From: Candidatus Nanoarchaeia archaeon
Lineage (GTDB): Archaea > Nanobdellota > Nanobdellia > Woesearchaeales > GW2011-AR9
Direction of reading: 5' to 3'
Assembly (NCBI GenBank): GCA_035290865.1
Contig: DATDTM010000012.1
Location: 11,134-75,133, forward strand
Length of the DNA: 64,000 nt
Positions 9,407 through 19,692 of this stretch are shown here, one piece after another (positions within the stretch are counted from its first letter, which is position 1; every line of letters starts with the position of its first letter). The notes beneath the pieces are model-generated. The model saw only the letters and a program-made list of their open reading frames with translations. It was not told where the DNA came from and ran no database searches. A program made the translations under genes and the position numbers.

Positions 9407-11212
9407 ATGAAAAATTATCTCAAAAAGTATGAGAAGATTGATTTAAAATACAATCTGAAAACGCTTTGGGGTTTCGTCAAGAAATATCGCTGGTCTTTTT
9501 ATGGATTGATTTTCTTGATGCTATTAAACGAGATTTTTGCTTTTTTAGACAATTTTGCTTTTAAGTACTTAGTAGATAAGGGCACCTTGTTCAGCCAGGG
9601 GAATCTTTCTCCAGAAACTCTCTGGGAAATCTTATTGATCATTGTTTTCTTATTCATTCTGCTTAAGATCATCAGTGCTCTTTTCTGGTTCATCACCTTA
9701 AGGGTAGTCAACCTGATGGAAGCAAAAGTAATGAACGATATCGAAAAGAAATCGTTTTGGCATATTCTAACTTTATCCTACCGTTTCCACCTCAATAAGC
9801 GTACCGGATCTTTGATCTCCCAGTTTACCAGAGGGGTGAATAAGGTAGAAGCTTTTGGAGACGCCATCATCTTCAACTTTATCCCTGTATTCTTTCGTAT
9901 CTTGCTTTCAGTAGGAGTAATCTTCTATTTTGATATTGCTACATCTTTAGTAGTATTGATCACCTGTGTACTCTTCGCTATGGTGGGAATTTACTTTACC
10001 AACCTGCAAAAAGTACCTCAAAATATAGCTAATTACCATGAAGATAACCTAAAACAGAACCTTAGCGATGTTTTTCAAAATATCGAGACCGTGAAATATT
10101 TCGCTAAAGAGAAAGACACTTATCATTATTTTAGTACCCTCTCAGAAAAATTAAAAGTCGCCAGAAATAAGTTCTGGAATTATTTTTCCTGGCTCTCTGC
10201 AATAGACACTTTGGTTTTAGGGTTGGGCATCGCAGCTATCTTTTATTTCAGTTTTACCGGCTTGATGCAGGGAAGAATCAGTTTAGGCAGCATTACTTTA
10301 ATTTACGCTGCAGTTTGGAGATTAATCCCCATGCTCTTTAATTTAATGCATGGCTATCGCCAATTCATCCGTAGCAGCGTGGATGTAGATGCTTTATTTC
10401 AGATGTTCAAAGAAGAGAATGAAGTAATAGATTTACCTGAAGCAAAAAAGCTTCAGGTTGCTCAGGGAAAGATTGAATTCAAGAATGTTTCTTTCGCTTA
10501 TCCAGCCAGCGGAAGGGATAACCGAACCGTAATCAAAAATTTTAGTCATATTCTTAAGCCCAATACCAAAGTCGCTTTAGTTGGTCCCTCTGGTGGGGGA
10601 AAGACCACGGTCATCAAACTGCTCTACCGTCTCTTTGATCTTCCGGAAGGACAAATCTTAATTGATGAACAAGATATCCATCAAGTCGCCCAGGAATCAT
10701 TGCGCAATTCCATCAGTGTAGTTCCTCAAGAGCCGATTTTGTTTGATAATACTCTATGGTTTAATATTGCCTATGCTAACCCCCGTGCAGGCAAAAGAAA
10801 GGTTTGGCAGGCCATCAGGTTCGCTCAGCTGGATAAATTTATTGCCCAGCTACCTAAAAAAGAAAAGACTATTGTCGGAGAGAGGGGGGTAAAATTATCC
10901 GGAGGAGAAAAACAAAGAGTCAGTATTGCCCGAGCCATCCTTGCCGACAAAAAAATCCTGGTTTTAGACGAAGCTACCTCTGCTCTAGATTCAGAGACAG
11001 AAAAAGAGATTCAAGCTTGCCTAGAAAAGTTGATGAAAAATAGGACTACTATCATGATTGCCCATAGACTATCTACGATTATGAAAGCCGATGAGATTAT
11101 TGTCCTAGATCAAGGGCGGATTGTTGAGATAGGCACCCATGATCAGCTCGCTAATAAGCAGGGCGGGCTATACCAAAGATTATGGGGGTTGCAAAGAGGA
11201 GGAAGATTGTAA
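9407..11212 (+). CDS. ABC transporter, fused permease/ATP-binding protein
   Basis: TM N-half; GPSGGGKT, LSGGEKQR, LDEATSALD, AHRLST. Confidence 0.95.
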   Translation: MKNYLKKYEKIDLKYNLKTLWGFVKKYRWSFYGLIFLMLLNEIFAFLDNFAFKYLVDKGTLFSQGNLSPETLWEILLIIVFLFILLKIISALFWFITLRVVNLMEAKVMNDIEKKSFWHILTLSYRFHLNKRTGSLISQFTRGVNKVEAFGDAIIFNFIPVFFRILLSVGVIFYFDIATSLVVLITCVLFAMVGIYFTNLQKVPQNIANYHEDNLKQNLSDVFQNIETVKYFAKEKDTYHYFSTLSEKLKVARNKFWNYFSWLSAIDTLVLGLGIAAIFYFSFTGLMQGRISLGSITLIYAAVWRLIPMLFNLMHGYRQFIRSSVDVDALFQMFKEENEVIDLPEAKKLQVAQGKIEFKNVSFAYPASGRDNRTVIKNFSHILKPNTKVALVGPSGGGKTTVIKLLYRLFDLPEGQILIDEQDIHQVAQESLRNSISVVPQEPILFDNTLWFNIAYANPRAGKRKVWQAIRFAQLDKFIAQLPKKEKTIVGERGVKLSGGEKQRVSIARAILADKKILVLDEATSALDSETEKEIQACLEKLMKNRTTIMIAHRLSTIMKADEIIVLDQGRIVEIGTHDQLANKQGGLYQRLWGLQRGGRL

Positions 11213-11435
11213 CGAAAACTTGCCTGCTCCTGCCTAGGGTCACTAACGTTCTCAAGTTCTCTGACGAGAACTATCCGCGGGCTAAAGCCGGTGGCTTTAC
11301 GGCACTCGCTTACACGGGCAAGTCCCTAAAAAATTGGAAATTTTTGGGGCACAGAAAATCTTTGATTTTCTTGTGTTTCGGAACAGAAATTTAGCGCCCT
11401 AAAAGGTGGGGCTTTATACCCCGCTAAATTTCTGT
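11209..11435. repeat. multi-hairpin element family A, copy 1
   Basis: near-identical to 39986-40190; hairpins including CCGCGGGC-TAAA-GCCGGTGG, resembling IS200/IS605 end hairpins. Confidence 0.85.
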
Positions 11436-11456
11436 AAAAGAATAAAGAAAATTAAT

Positions 11457-11867
11457 TTATAAAAAATAATAAACCCCGAGACTGACTATCAGCCCAATCA
11501 AAGCTCCCACCAATACCTGTAAAGGAGTATGCCCCATGGCAAAATGAGTTTCAGTCTTCATCTTTAATCGTTTTATGATCAGATTAATCACCGAGCCTTC
11601 CTCACCCGCAGTTCTTCTCACTCCAAAAGCATCCCGAAGCACAATCATCGCTAATACTAAGCTTATGGCAAAGGAAGTATTTAACCCTTCTTCTAGGTAA
11701 ACGCTGCTAGCCAAAGAAATCACAAAAGCAGAATGTGAGCTGGGCATTCCCCCGGTAACCACCAAATCTCTCCAGGATAAAGTTTTATGCTTAAACCAGA
11801 GCCAAATTAATTTAATTGCCTGAGCACCAAATCCTGCAAAAAGCAAGGAAAGAATAATCTTGTTCAT
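11457..11867 (-). CDS. divergent PAP2 family protein (DUF212)
   Basis: TGGMPSSHSA, DAFGVRR, GHTPLQV. Confidence 0.92.
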   Translation of the reverse strand: MNKIILSLLFAGFGAQAIKLIWLWFKHKTLSWRDLVVTGGMPSSHSAFVISLASSVYLEEGLNTSFAISLVLAMIVLRDAFGVRRTAGEEGSVINLIIKRLKMKTETHFAMGHTPLQVLVGALIGLIVSLGVYYFL

Positions 11868-11961
11868 CTTATCATCCCTCTTTTATTATTAAATCATTAT
11901 TAAATTACTATTAACGTAAAATCTTAAGGTTTATATAGTTTACTTTATTTATCCACCTAGA

Positions 11962-12741
11962 ATGAAACAGAAACATCGCGGTTATAGTTATCTGGTTTTA
12001 GTAATACTAATCCTGGCAGTAATTGCAGTAATTTATTACCTACCTGATTTAAAACAATTTTCATCTACAACTTTCATTAGAGAATATCTGGTCGGATTTG
12101 GCTTTATCGGCTATTTAGTTTTTATTCTCTTATTATTCTTAGCTATTGTCTTACCCATACCGGGTACAGTAGTGGTTCTTGCCGGAGGTTATCTCTATGG
12201 GATTTGGCTGGGAAGCTTTCTGGCTTTAATAGGGGTTATTATCGCTTCAATCTTTTCTTTCTGGTTAGTGCGTTATTCTGGCGAACCGTTACTAGAAAAA
12301 TTTGTGGATGCTCATCATATTAAACATTTCCAACACCTTTTCAAAAAACGAGGAGAGAGTTTAGCTTTGATTTCTTATCTCGTCCCCATCTTTCCCAGCG
12401 ATAGTGTTAGTTTTCTGATGGGTTTGACTAAGATTTCATATCACCGGTTCTTGGCCCTGGTCATCATTGGTCATATCCCCAGATTATTGATGGTCAATTA
12501 TATCGGTGAAGATCTCTATTTGGGAATAACCTGGAAAACCGCAATATTATTAGCAATCTCTGGAATCTTAGGAGTAATCGCCCTTTTCAGAGAGCCGATC
12601 AAGAAATTCTTGTTTAAAGAATTGAAAGAGCTGGAAGGTGAGGCAGAAAAGGGAGTAAAAGAAGTTGAGATCGGGGCAGAAGTATTGGAAGAAGATATGG
12701 GAATAAAGAAAAAAAAGAGAAAGAATAAACCTAAAAAGTAA
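11962..12741 (+). CDS. DedA/VTT (TVP38/TMEM64) membrane protein
   Basis: LPIPG...AGGYLYG, LVPIFPSD motifs; multiple TM helices. Confidence 0.88.
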   Translation: MKQKHRGYSYLVLVILILAVIAVIYYLPDLKQFSSTTFIREYLVGFGFIGYLVFILLLFLAIVLPIPGTVVVLAGGYLYGIWLGSFLALIGVIIASIFSFWLVRYSGEPLLEKFVDAHHIKHFQHLFKKRGESLALISYLVPIFPSDSVSFLMGLTKISYHRFLALVIIGHIPRLLMVNYIGEDLYLGITWKTAILLAISGILGVIALFREPIKKFLFKELKELEGEAEKGVKEVEIGAEVLEEDMGIKKKKRKNKPKK

Positions 12742-12801
12742 ATAACTATTGTAGTAAACATTTAAGATAATCTATAGAAGAATTTGGTGGAAATTATTGA
12801 A

Positions 12802-13470
12802 TTATTCAAAGTCCTCTTTAGGCTTAGATTCTACCACTAAACTCCAGGAATCTAATCTTCGATGATCAGATTTAAATGGGTATAAAAAATTGGTGTAGGT
12901 ATGCTCTTGGATATAAAATCCATTTTTACCCAATAACTGGTCTAAATCTTGATAGTTAAGTTTAACCACATGGGGATTTTCAAAACGCAATCTTAGATAG
13001 TTATATAATAGTTGAATAAGGGTACAATCTCCTCGGATACGCTCTTGAGGTATGGCGATGATCAAAGTTCCGTCTCTCTTCATTAATCGCTTTAAACTCA
13101 TTAAGAAAGTATTTCTATCTTTAATGTGTTCCAGTACATGAGATAAGATAATCACATCAAATCTTTCTTGATCAAAAAATTCACTATTAATCTCAAAAAA
13201 AGTAAAAGAAGGATATTTTTTTCTGGCATAATTTAGTGCGTAGGGATTAATATCCGCTCCGCAAAGATCAAAATTCTTTAAAGGGTACTTTTGATGAATA
13301 ATATTAAGGAAATAACCGGAATTGCATCCATAATCTAAAATTCTGACTTTTTCTTTATTATTTAACAAATAATTAATATGGTCTAATTCAGTTTTCCTAT
13401 AATGTAATATCGTCCTAGCCAGAAGTCCGGTTGTCCTCGTAATCAAAGTATAAGATTGGCCATATTTCAT
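12802..13470 (-). CDS. class I SAM-dependent methyltransferase
   Basis: ILDYGCNSG, GADIN, FDVIILSHVLEH. Confidence 0.88.
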   Translation of the reverse strand: MKYGQSYTLITRTTGLLARTILHYRKTELDHINYLLNNKEKVRILDYGCNSGYFLNIIHQKYPLKNFDLCGADINPYALNYARKKYPSFTFFEINSEFFDQERFDVIILSHVLEHIKDRNTFLMSLKRLMKRDGTLIIAIPQERIRGDCTLIQLLYNYLRLRFENPHVVKLNYQDLDQLLGKNGFYIQEHTYTNFLYPFKSDHRRLDSWSLVVESKPKEDFE

Positions 13471-13673
13471 CTTCTTTCAACCGCTAGAGGTTTTATCTCC
13501 GATAAGCAAGCAAATATGAGTATTATAACTGTGATTTCTGTAACCAAAAATCTTCGATTTAATCCCTTTTTTTTAAACATAAACCCTAAAATTTACTTTG
13601 ATTTTATAAATTTAATGAACTTTATTAAAAAGAACATTCTGGTTAACCGACTATTTAGATTACTAATAAAACA

Positions 13674-14633
13674 TCATAAAAACTTTAACAAGTGCTTAGT
13701 TTTCTGGTGTCCTTTAAGCATCTCTTTCTCCGGTTCCTGGTGATGAGAATGGAAATGGTGCAAGAAATGACTGCCCATTATTTTTTTCTTGAAATAATCC
13801 CATTCCAACAATCCCCGATCTTTCCACATCCGTTCTACTTGCTTAGAAGGAGCTTTCTCTTCTTCACGGATAAATTTTCCTACCGCATGCACTGCATCTT
13901 CCATCAGTTTCTCTTCTTTTCCGATAACCATTGATTTTTTCTTTTTGATCTGATCTAAGAATTCTTCTACTGTCTCTGCTTTACAGATAGTCAAAGCCGT
14001 ACCCAATTCTGCCAGGCAATGGCCATCAGAACCCCCAGTAAAACTTTTACCAATTGACTTAGCCCAGCGGATAGCTTTAGTATTCATCTCTCCAACACAA
14101 CAGCCATTGATCACTTCCACTGCCTGAATCTTTTTTAATAAATCTGCTCTGGGATTGAACTTCTTTATTCCAATCAACCCCGGACCAAAAGGATGAGGAG
14201 CAGTAATCAAGCAATGATATTTGCTAGCCTGGTCAATAATCTCTTCATGATTAAGTTTGATAAACCAAGCACTTTCTTTTACTAATGGTTCCATCACTTG
14301 TTCATAAAATGACTTTAATTCCCTATCTTTATAAAAATGTAAAAGAACATGCGCACCATTATGACAGGTAACCTCTAAACCCGGAATAGTAAAAACCGAG
14401 CCGCAGCTTAATCTCTTGGCCAAATCTGCTCCCCTCCAATGATTATGGTCAGTTACGGCCACACCAATTGAATCTTCTCTACATTTTGTCAATACTGATT
14501 TTATCCCCGCTAAACCATCTATACTGAACCTAGTATGATAATGCATATCTACCGCTTGATAACCCTCTTTTTTAAGCAGAGCGAGCACTGGCCCTTTCAG
14601 AACATCGACCTCTTTAAAGTATACCTGGCTCAT
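13674..14633 (-). CDS. PHP domain metal-dependent phosphoesterase
   Basis: DMHYHT, VTDHN, APHPF, GGSDGH. Confidence 0.88.
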   Translation of the reverse strand: MSQVYFKEVDVLKGPVLALLKKEGYQAVDMHYHTRFSIDGLAGIKSVLTKCREDSIGVAVTDHNHWRGADLAKRLSCGSVFTIPGLEVTCHNGAHVLLHFYKDRELKSFYEQVMEPLVKESAWFIKLNHEEIIDQASKYHCLITAPHPFGPGLIGIKKFNPRADLLKKIQAVEVINGCCVGEMNTKAIRWAKSIGKSFTGGSDGHCLAELGTALTICKAETVEEFLDQIKKKKSMVIGKEEKLMEDAVHAVGKFIREEEKAPSKQVERMWKDRGLLEWDYFKKKIMGSHFLHHFHSHHQEPEKEMLKGHQKTKHLLKFL

Positions 14634-14732
14634 TTATCTTTCACCTTATCTTAAGTAAGAAGAATAAGTTTATAAAGATTATTCATTTAACTTAAAATAT
14701 TAAAAACTAAAAAAAGAGGACTTTCATTGAAG

Positions 14733-15506
14733 ATGAAACCGTTTTTTGAAGGAAAGGTGTTAGATATTGCCCATAGAGGAGCAAGTAGTATCGCTCCTGA
14801 AAACACAAAAGAATCTTTCTTAGAGGCAATTAAAGCCGGAGCAGATGTAATTGAGTTAGATATCCATTTGACTAAAGATAAAAGAGTGGTAGTCATTCAC
14901 GATTTTACGATCAATAGAACTTCAGATGGAAAGGGCAGAGTCTCTGCAATGACCTTAGATGAGTTACGCAAATATGATTTTGGGGTTGGGGTCGAACATC
15001 AGAAAATTCAAACCTTAGCCTCTGCTCTGGCCTCAATCTTTGAACATTCTAACCGTTGCTATATTCTGGTTGAACCTAAGTATAGTATCAAAGGCTATGA
15101 ACAATTAGTAATCGACGAAATCAACCGTTCAAAACATAAAGAAAGAATTTGGGTCCATTCTACCTACAAATCTATTCTGGAAAATATTCGGAAGATAGAT
15201 CCCTCCATCAGATTGGGATACATCCTTGTTTTTTCCTGGTTCCATCGAATTTCTTTTCCCTACTATAAGCGCTGGATAAAAAAATATAATCTCTCTTTTT
15301 TCTCTGTAAGTAATATTTATCCCAATAGTTTTTTTACTCCTGATTTTGTTAAAGAACTGAAGAGATGCGGAGTTGATGTTTATATCTGGACGGTAAATGA
15401 TTTAGTCTCCGCACATTTAGCTTTGGTCAGCGGAGTTAAAGGATTAATTACAAATTATCCAGGCATACTTAAATCTATTTTAAAGAGATACGGGGGGAAA
15501 AAATAA
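14733..15506 (+). CDS. glycerophosphodiester phosphodiesterase
   Basis: IAHRGASSIAPENT, IELDIHLTKD, WTVND, ITNYP. Confidence 0.92.
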   Translation: MKPFFEGKVLDIAHRGASSIAPENTKESFLEAIKAGADVIELDIHLTKDKRVVVIHDFTINRTSDGKGRVSAMTLDELRKYDFGVGVEHQKIQTLASALASIFEHSNRCYILVEPKYSIKGYEQLVIDEINRSKHKERIWVHSTYKSILENIRKIDPSIRLGYILVFSWFHRISFPYYKRWIKKYNLSFFSVSNIYPNSFFTPDFVKELKRCGVDVYIWTVNDLVSAHLALVSGVKGLITNYPGILKSILKRYGGKK

Positions 15507-15569
15507 ATAATCCCCCGAATAGTTTCAAAATAGGGTTGAAAACCATCTTAATCATTATCCTGAGACCAT

Positions 15570-17060
15570 ATGAACCAAAAATTTATTTTAGCCCTTGATC
15601 TAGGAACTACCGGTAATCGTGCAATTATCTTTAATCATAAGCAGCAGATTGTCGCAAAGGCTTATCAAGAATTTAAACAATATTATCCTCAAGAAGGCTG
15701 GGTGGAACACGATCCGATAGAGATTTGGGAAACCACCTTGCAGGTAATAAAAAAAGCTATTTCTGAAGCTAAGATTTCGCCAAAAGATATTCTCGCCGCA
15801 GGTATAACTAACCAGCGGGAAACCACCGTTATTTGGGACAAACATAGCGGAAAACCAGTTTATAATGCTATTGTCTGGCAGTGCCGAAGAACTGCTTCTT
15901 ATTGTGAAAGTCTAGCCAAGAACAAAAAGACTGCTTTACAAATACATCAAAAGACTGGCCTACGTCTAGATGCTTATTTCTCGGCTACAAAAATAAGATG
16001 GATTTTTAAGCATGTAAAAAATTCTTTATCTAAAGCAAAAGCAGGAAAATTATTATTTGGTACCATCGACACCTGGATTCTCTGGAATCTAACCAAAGGG
16101 AAAGTACATGCTACCGATTATTCCAATGCCTCCCGAACCTTGCTGTTTAATATTAAAACGCTAAAATGGGACACCCAATTAATGAATTTATTTAAAGTTC
16201 CCCAAAATATTCTTCCTGAAGTAAAAGAGTCCAGCGGTATTTTCGGGTATATTGATCAGAGTATCCTAAATGCTTCTATTCCTATTGCTGGAATCGCTGG
16301 CGACCAGCAGTGCGCTATGTTTAGCCAAGGATGTTATCAGCCAGGGATCATCAAAAACACCTATGGAACCGGATGTTTTTTATTGATGAATGTAGGTCCA
16401 AAACCAGTTTATTCTAAAAACAAGCTTCTGACCACCATCGCCTGGGGAATAAATCATAAAGTAGAATATGCTTTGGAGGGTAGCGTATTTATGGGTGGTG
16501 CTTCCGTACAATGGCTTAGAGATGGTCTAAAGATTATTAAAAGCGCACGAGATACAGAAAAAATATCAGTAAAAAATAATGGAGGAGTTTATTTTGTCCC
16601 CGCTTTAGTTGGTTTAGGCGCACCCTATTGGGATATGAAAGCACGCGGTACAATTATTGGTTTAACCAGAGGAACAAACCAAGAGCATCTTATTCGAGCA
16701 ACTCTAGAAGCTATTGCTTATCAGTCTAAAGATATGATTAAGGCCATAGAGTTAGATACCGGAACGAAATTACAAACTCTGAAAGTTGATGGGGGTGCCT
16801 GCGCCAATAACCTTCTGATGCAATTTCAGGCAGATATTCTAAATACGAAAGTTCAACGCCCAGAAATAATTGAGACTACGGCTTTAGGTGCTGCTATGCT
16901 GGCGGGATTAGCCCTCGGATTCTGGAAGAATAAAGCAGAGTTGATCCAAAAGAAGGGTATCAACAAAATATTTGTACCCCAGATGAAAAAAGAGGAACAA
17001 AAACAATTATATCATAACTGGAAGAAGGCAGTAGAAAGATCAAAAAATTGGCTGGAATAG
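15570..17060 (+). CDS. glpK: glycerol kinase
   Basis: DLGTTG, GITNQRETT, TDYSNASRT, GDQQ, KNTYGTG, KVDGG. Confidence 0.96.
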   Translation: MNQKFILALDLGTTGNRAIIFNHKQQIVAKAYQEFKQYYPQEGWVEHDPIEIWETTLQVIKKAISEAKISPKDILAAGITNQRETTVIWDKHSGKPVYNAIVWQCRRTASYCESLAKNKKTALQIHQKTGLRLDAYFSATKIRWIFKHVKNSLSKAKAGKLLFGTIDTWILWNLTKGKVHATDYSNASRTLLFNIKTLKWDTQLMNLFKVPQNILPEVKESSGIFGYIDQSILNASIPIAGIAGDQQCAMFSQGCYQPGIIKNTYGTGCFLLMNVGPKPVYSKNKLLTTIAWGINHKVEYALEGSVFMGGASVQWLRDGLKIIKSARDTEKISVKNNGGVYFVPALVGLGAPYWDMKARGTIIGLTRGTNQEHLIRATLEAIAYQSKDMIKAIELDTGTKLQTLKVDGGACANNLLMQFQADILNTKVQRPEIIETTALGAAMLAGLALGFWKNKAELIQKKGINKIFVPQMKKEEQKQLYHNWKKAVERSKNWLE

Positions 17061-17109
17061 ATTATCACAGATGATAACTTTTTTATAGTAGTTCTTTTTC
17101 ATCTTAAAG

Positions 17110-18006
17110 ATGTTTACTTTAACTTTTTGGAGAGGACTTTTAAGATTACTCCGCCCCTATTGGTGGGGCAAGACCTTCTTCTTTTTTACTTTCGGAGCAG
17201 TAGCCGCTTTAGGGACTGTCCCTGACCTTTCTCAACTGATCGTAGGTTTGATTCTGATCGGCCCTATTTTTTACGGAGGATTGTATATTTTAAATGATTT
17301 AAGTGATATAAAAGTAGATAAGTTAGATCCAGAAAAGAAAAACAAAACTTTCCCCAGCGGAATGGTTTCGCCCCAAACAGGACTAGCTATAACTATAATC
17401 TTAATTTCATCTGCACTGATATTTAGTTTTAATAATTTTTTCTTCTTTCTCTGTCTTATAGCCATGCTTATAAACCAACTACTTTACAGTTTCCCCCCTT
17501 TTCGTTTAAAAAACCGGGCTTTCTTTGACGTATTGTCTACCGCTGTTCTCTCTTCTAGTTTAAAATTCTTAGCCGGATGGTTTTTTTTTACCGAATCCTC
17601 ATCCATCACCATACTTCCGCTAATCGGGATCTCATTGGTCCAAACCGGATCTTATTTGATGTATAAATGGAAGTATAATCGACCGATTGATTTAGAGTTA
17701 GGTCATCATACCACCGCAGCCTTACTCTCAGAACAAACCATTAAAACTATTTCCAAAATCGCTTTAGCCTGCGGATTAGGAATTTTTGCGTTAATGTCTT
17801 TAATTCCTCTATTCTTCCCCCAATTCCGTTTTTTGGGAGCTCTCCCGCCGTTCTCAATACTTATTATTATCTTTGCCATCTTAGCTACACCTTTCTACTG
17901 GAAAAAATTTACTAACCACCCTGGTGTTTTCAAGATTCAGACTAGAATGTATAATTATTATCTTCTATTTACCTTACTTTTGCTCTTACTTTATTGGCTA
18001 AACTAG
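17110..18006 (+). CDS. UbiA family prenyltransferase
   Basis: NDLSDIKVD first Asp-rich motif, YSFPPFRLK; many TM helices. Confidence 0.88.
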   Translation: MFTLTFWRGLLRLLRPYWWGKTFFFFTFGAVAALGTVPDLSQLIVGLILIGPIFYGGLYILNDLSDIKVDKLDPEKKNKTFPSGMVSPQTGLAITIILISSALIFSFNNFFFFLCLIAMLINQLLYSFPPFRLKNRAFFDVLSTAVLSSSLKFLAGWFFFTESSSITILPLIGISLVQTGSYLMYKWKYNRPIDLELGHHTTAALLSEQTIKTISKIALACGLGIFALMSLIPLFFPQFRFLGALPPFSILIIIFAILATPFYWKKFTNHPGVFKIQTRMYNYYLLFTLLLLLLYWLN

Positions 18007-18574
18007 AAGCTTCTGTCTCATTTTTTCTGTTAAGAAAAGCAATACTAATCGTTTGAACAATTGCCAACCCTACTGCTAAAAATATAAATACCCAGGTAAA
18101 AAATACTACTTTTCCAGTTAATAGTCCCAGAATCATAATCCAGCCAATCCAGGCCGGAACCCAAGGTAAAGTTTTCACCTGATTTTCTTCAACAAAATGA
18201 GCTATATAATTGCCAAAAGCATCCAAAAAAACCGCTAAAATTGCCAGTTTTAGAGAAATAAAATTAGCTAAACCCAGAACGATCCAAATTAACTGCCGGC
18301 ATTGGTCTGCAGTCCGATCAAAGAAATGGCCAAGTTTAGTGGTCTTATTTGTTGCTCTGGCAGTCGAGCCATCAATCGCATCAAAGAATAGATTAATGAT
18401 TAAAGCCAAACCACCATAAAACAAGAATTGGTTATAAATTAAGAAAGCAGCTAAAACTAAAAAAACAAAACCGATCCCTGTAGCTAAATTAGGAGTAAAT
18501 CCTAATCCTGCTGCGATAGTACCTACCTTGAATAAAAAAGGGCTTAGTTTTTTTTTAACTCTATCTAAAAACAT
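17969..18574 (-). CDS. CDP-alcohol phosphatidyltransferase
   Basis: TPN...DAIDGSTAR...GHFFDRTAD signature. Confidence 0.92.
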   Translation of the reverse strand: MFLDRVKKKLSPFLFKVGTIAAGLGFTPNLATGIGFVFLVLAAFLIYNQFLFYGGLALIINLFFDAIDGSTARATNKTTKLGHFFDRTADQCRQLIWIVLGLANFISLKLAILAVFLDAFGNYIAHFVEENQVKTLPWVPAWIGWIMILGLLTGKVVFFTWVFIFLAVGLAIVQTISIAFLNRKNETEASSLANKVRAKVR

Positions 18575-18744
18575 TCTTTCTCACCTTAAATTAGGGTTAA
18601 TAACACCATTTAATATTGTTTCTAAACCGATTAGATTAATCTGTAATTGATATATGATTAATATTTTTACCTTTTCTAGAAAGAAAAGCAGATTAGTTCT
18701 TAAAATCTACTATCTTTAGAAAGATAATTTTAAAGTTAAACCGC

Positions 18745-19578
18745 TTATCTTCTCACCGAACGCATAAACATTCTTATCGGATCCCTTTCCTTAATCCGAG
18801 CATAAACTCCTAGAACCAAAGGATTCTCAGCCGCTTTCTGGATTTCCTCTACTGAACCAACCGCTTCATAAATGGTTGGCTCTGATACTTCTCCGAAGGC
18901 CATTATTCTGGGAACTGTGATCAAGTCATACCCTTGATTTGGAGCAGCTGAGACTGGGATAGCTACCGGTCCTAACTTAGCCGCTAAATGCCTGCTTTTA
19001 GCGTACCTTCCCTCTACCAAATCCAATTTACTTCCAAAGAAAGAATCAAAATATACCTGTTCCGCACCCAAACCAGCTTTAGACAATTCCGCATGAACTT
19101 TAATTACAGCTTCAGCAGAAGTAGGATATTTCAACTCCAGACATAAAATCGGAACCACCCAGCCTTCAGAAGGGAAAAACGAATATCTTTCCAGGATTTC
19201 ACTGAAATAAGCTGCTTTTCCTGCTCTTCTTTTCGCTTCAAAAACTTCTTTGGTTACCTCTCCCAGATTCTGATGGGTAAAGATTAAATTCCCATCCGGA
19301 AGCATAAACAGATCTCCTTCACAGGCAGGTACGATTCTTCTGCCATTAGTATGCTTTCCAAGAAGTAAACCTTCTTCCACTACCGCTTCTAAATTTAGAT
19401 TTGGATTATTTAATGCATCATGCTGGACGATCAGAAAATCTGAATGATCAGCTAAGAAGGGGGTATATCTTTTATGTTTAGTTGGTTCTTTTGTTGGTTC
19501 TTTTTTTCCCTCATCGCATTCTAAAGTCATTCCTATTCCTCCCATTGCAGTTAAAAAGATAAATCTTCTTCGGTTCAT
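18745..19578 (-). CDS. secreted GDPD-like (PLC-type phosphodiesterase fold) protein
   Basis: twin-Arg-like MNRRRFIF signal; H, ExD, LELK and DSF motifs loosely matching GDPD. Confidence 0.55.
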   Translation of the reverse strand: MNRRRFIFLTAMGGIGMTLECDEGKKEPTKEPTKHKRYTPFLADHSDFLIVQHDALNNPNLNLEAVVEEGLLLGKHTNGRRIVPACEGDLFMLPDGNLIFTHQNLGEVTKEVFEAKRRAGKAAYFSEILERYSFFPSEGWVVPILCLELKYPTSAEAVIKVHAELSKAGLGAEQVYFDSFFGSKLDLVEGRYAKSRHLAAKLGPVAIPVSAAPNQGYDLITVPRIMAFGEVSEPTIYEAVGSVEEIQKAAENPLVLGVYARIKERDPIRMFMRSVRR

Positions 19579-19692
19579 CGGTTAATAACTACCTGACAAA
19601 ATCATCTCAGACCAACTACTTTTTAAATCTTTTGCTACTTTCAAGAGAAGAATAATGTTATAAAAACACTCTTAAATCAAAAGATTCTTCAA

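Noticed and set aside
11182..11394. ORFs within repeat elements (also 39917-40213, 40176-40385 and the N-terminal extensions at 7528 and 42110)
   Set aside because: They arise from GC-richer palindromic elements and show no protein motifs.
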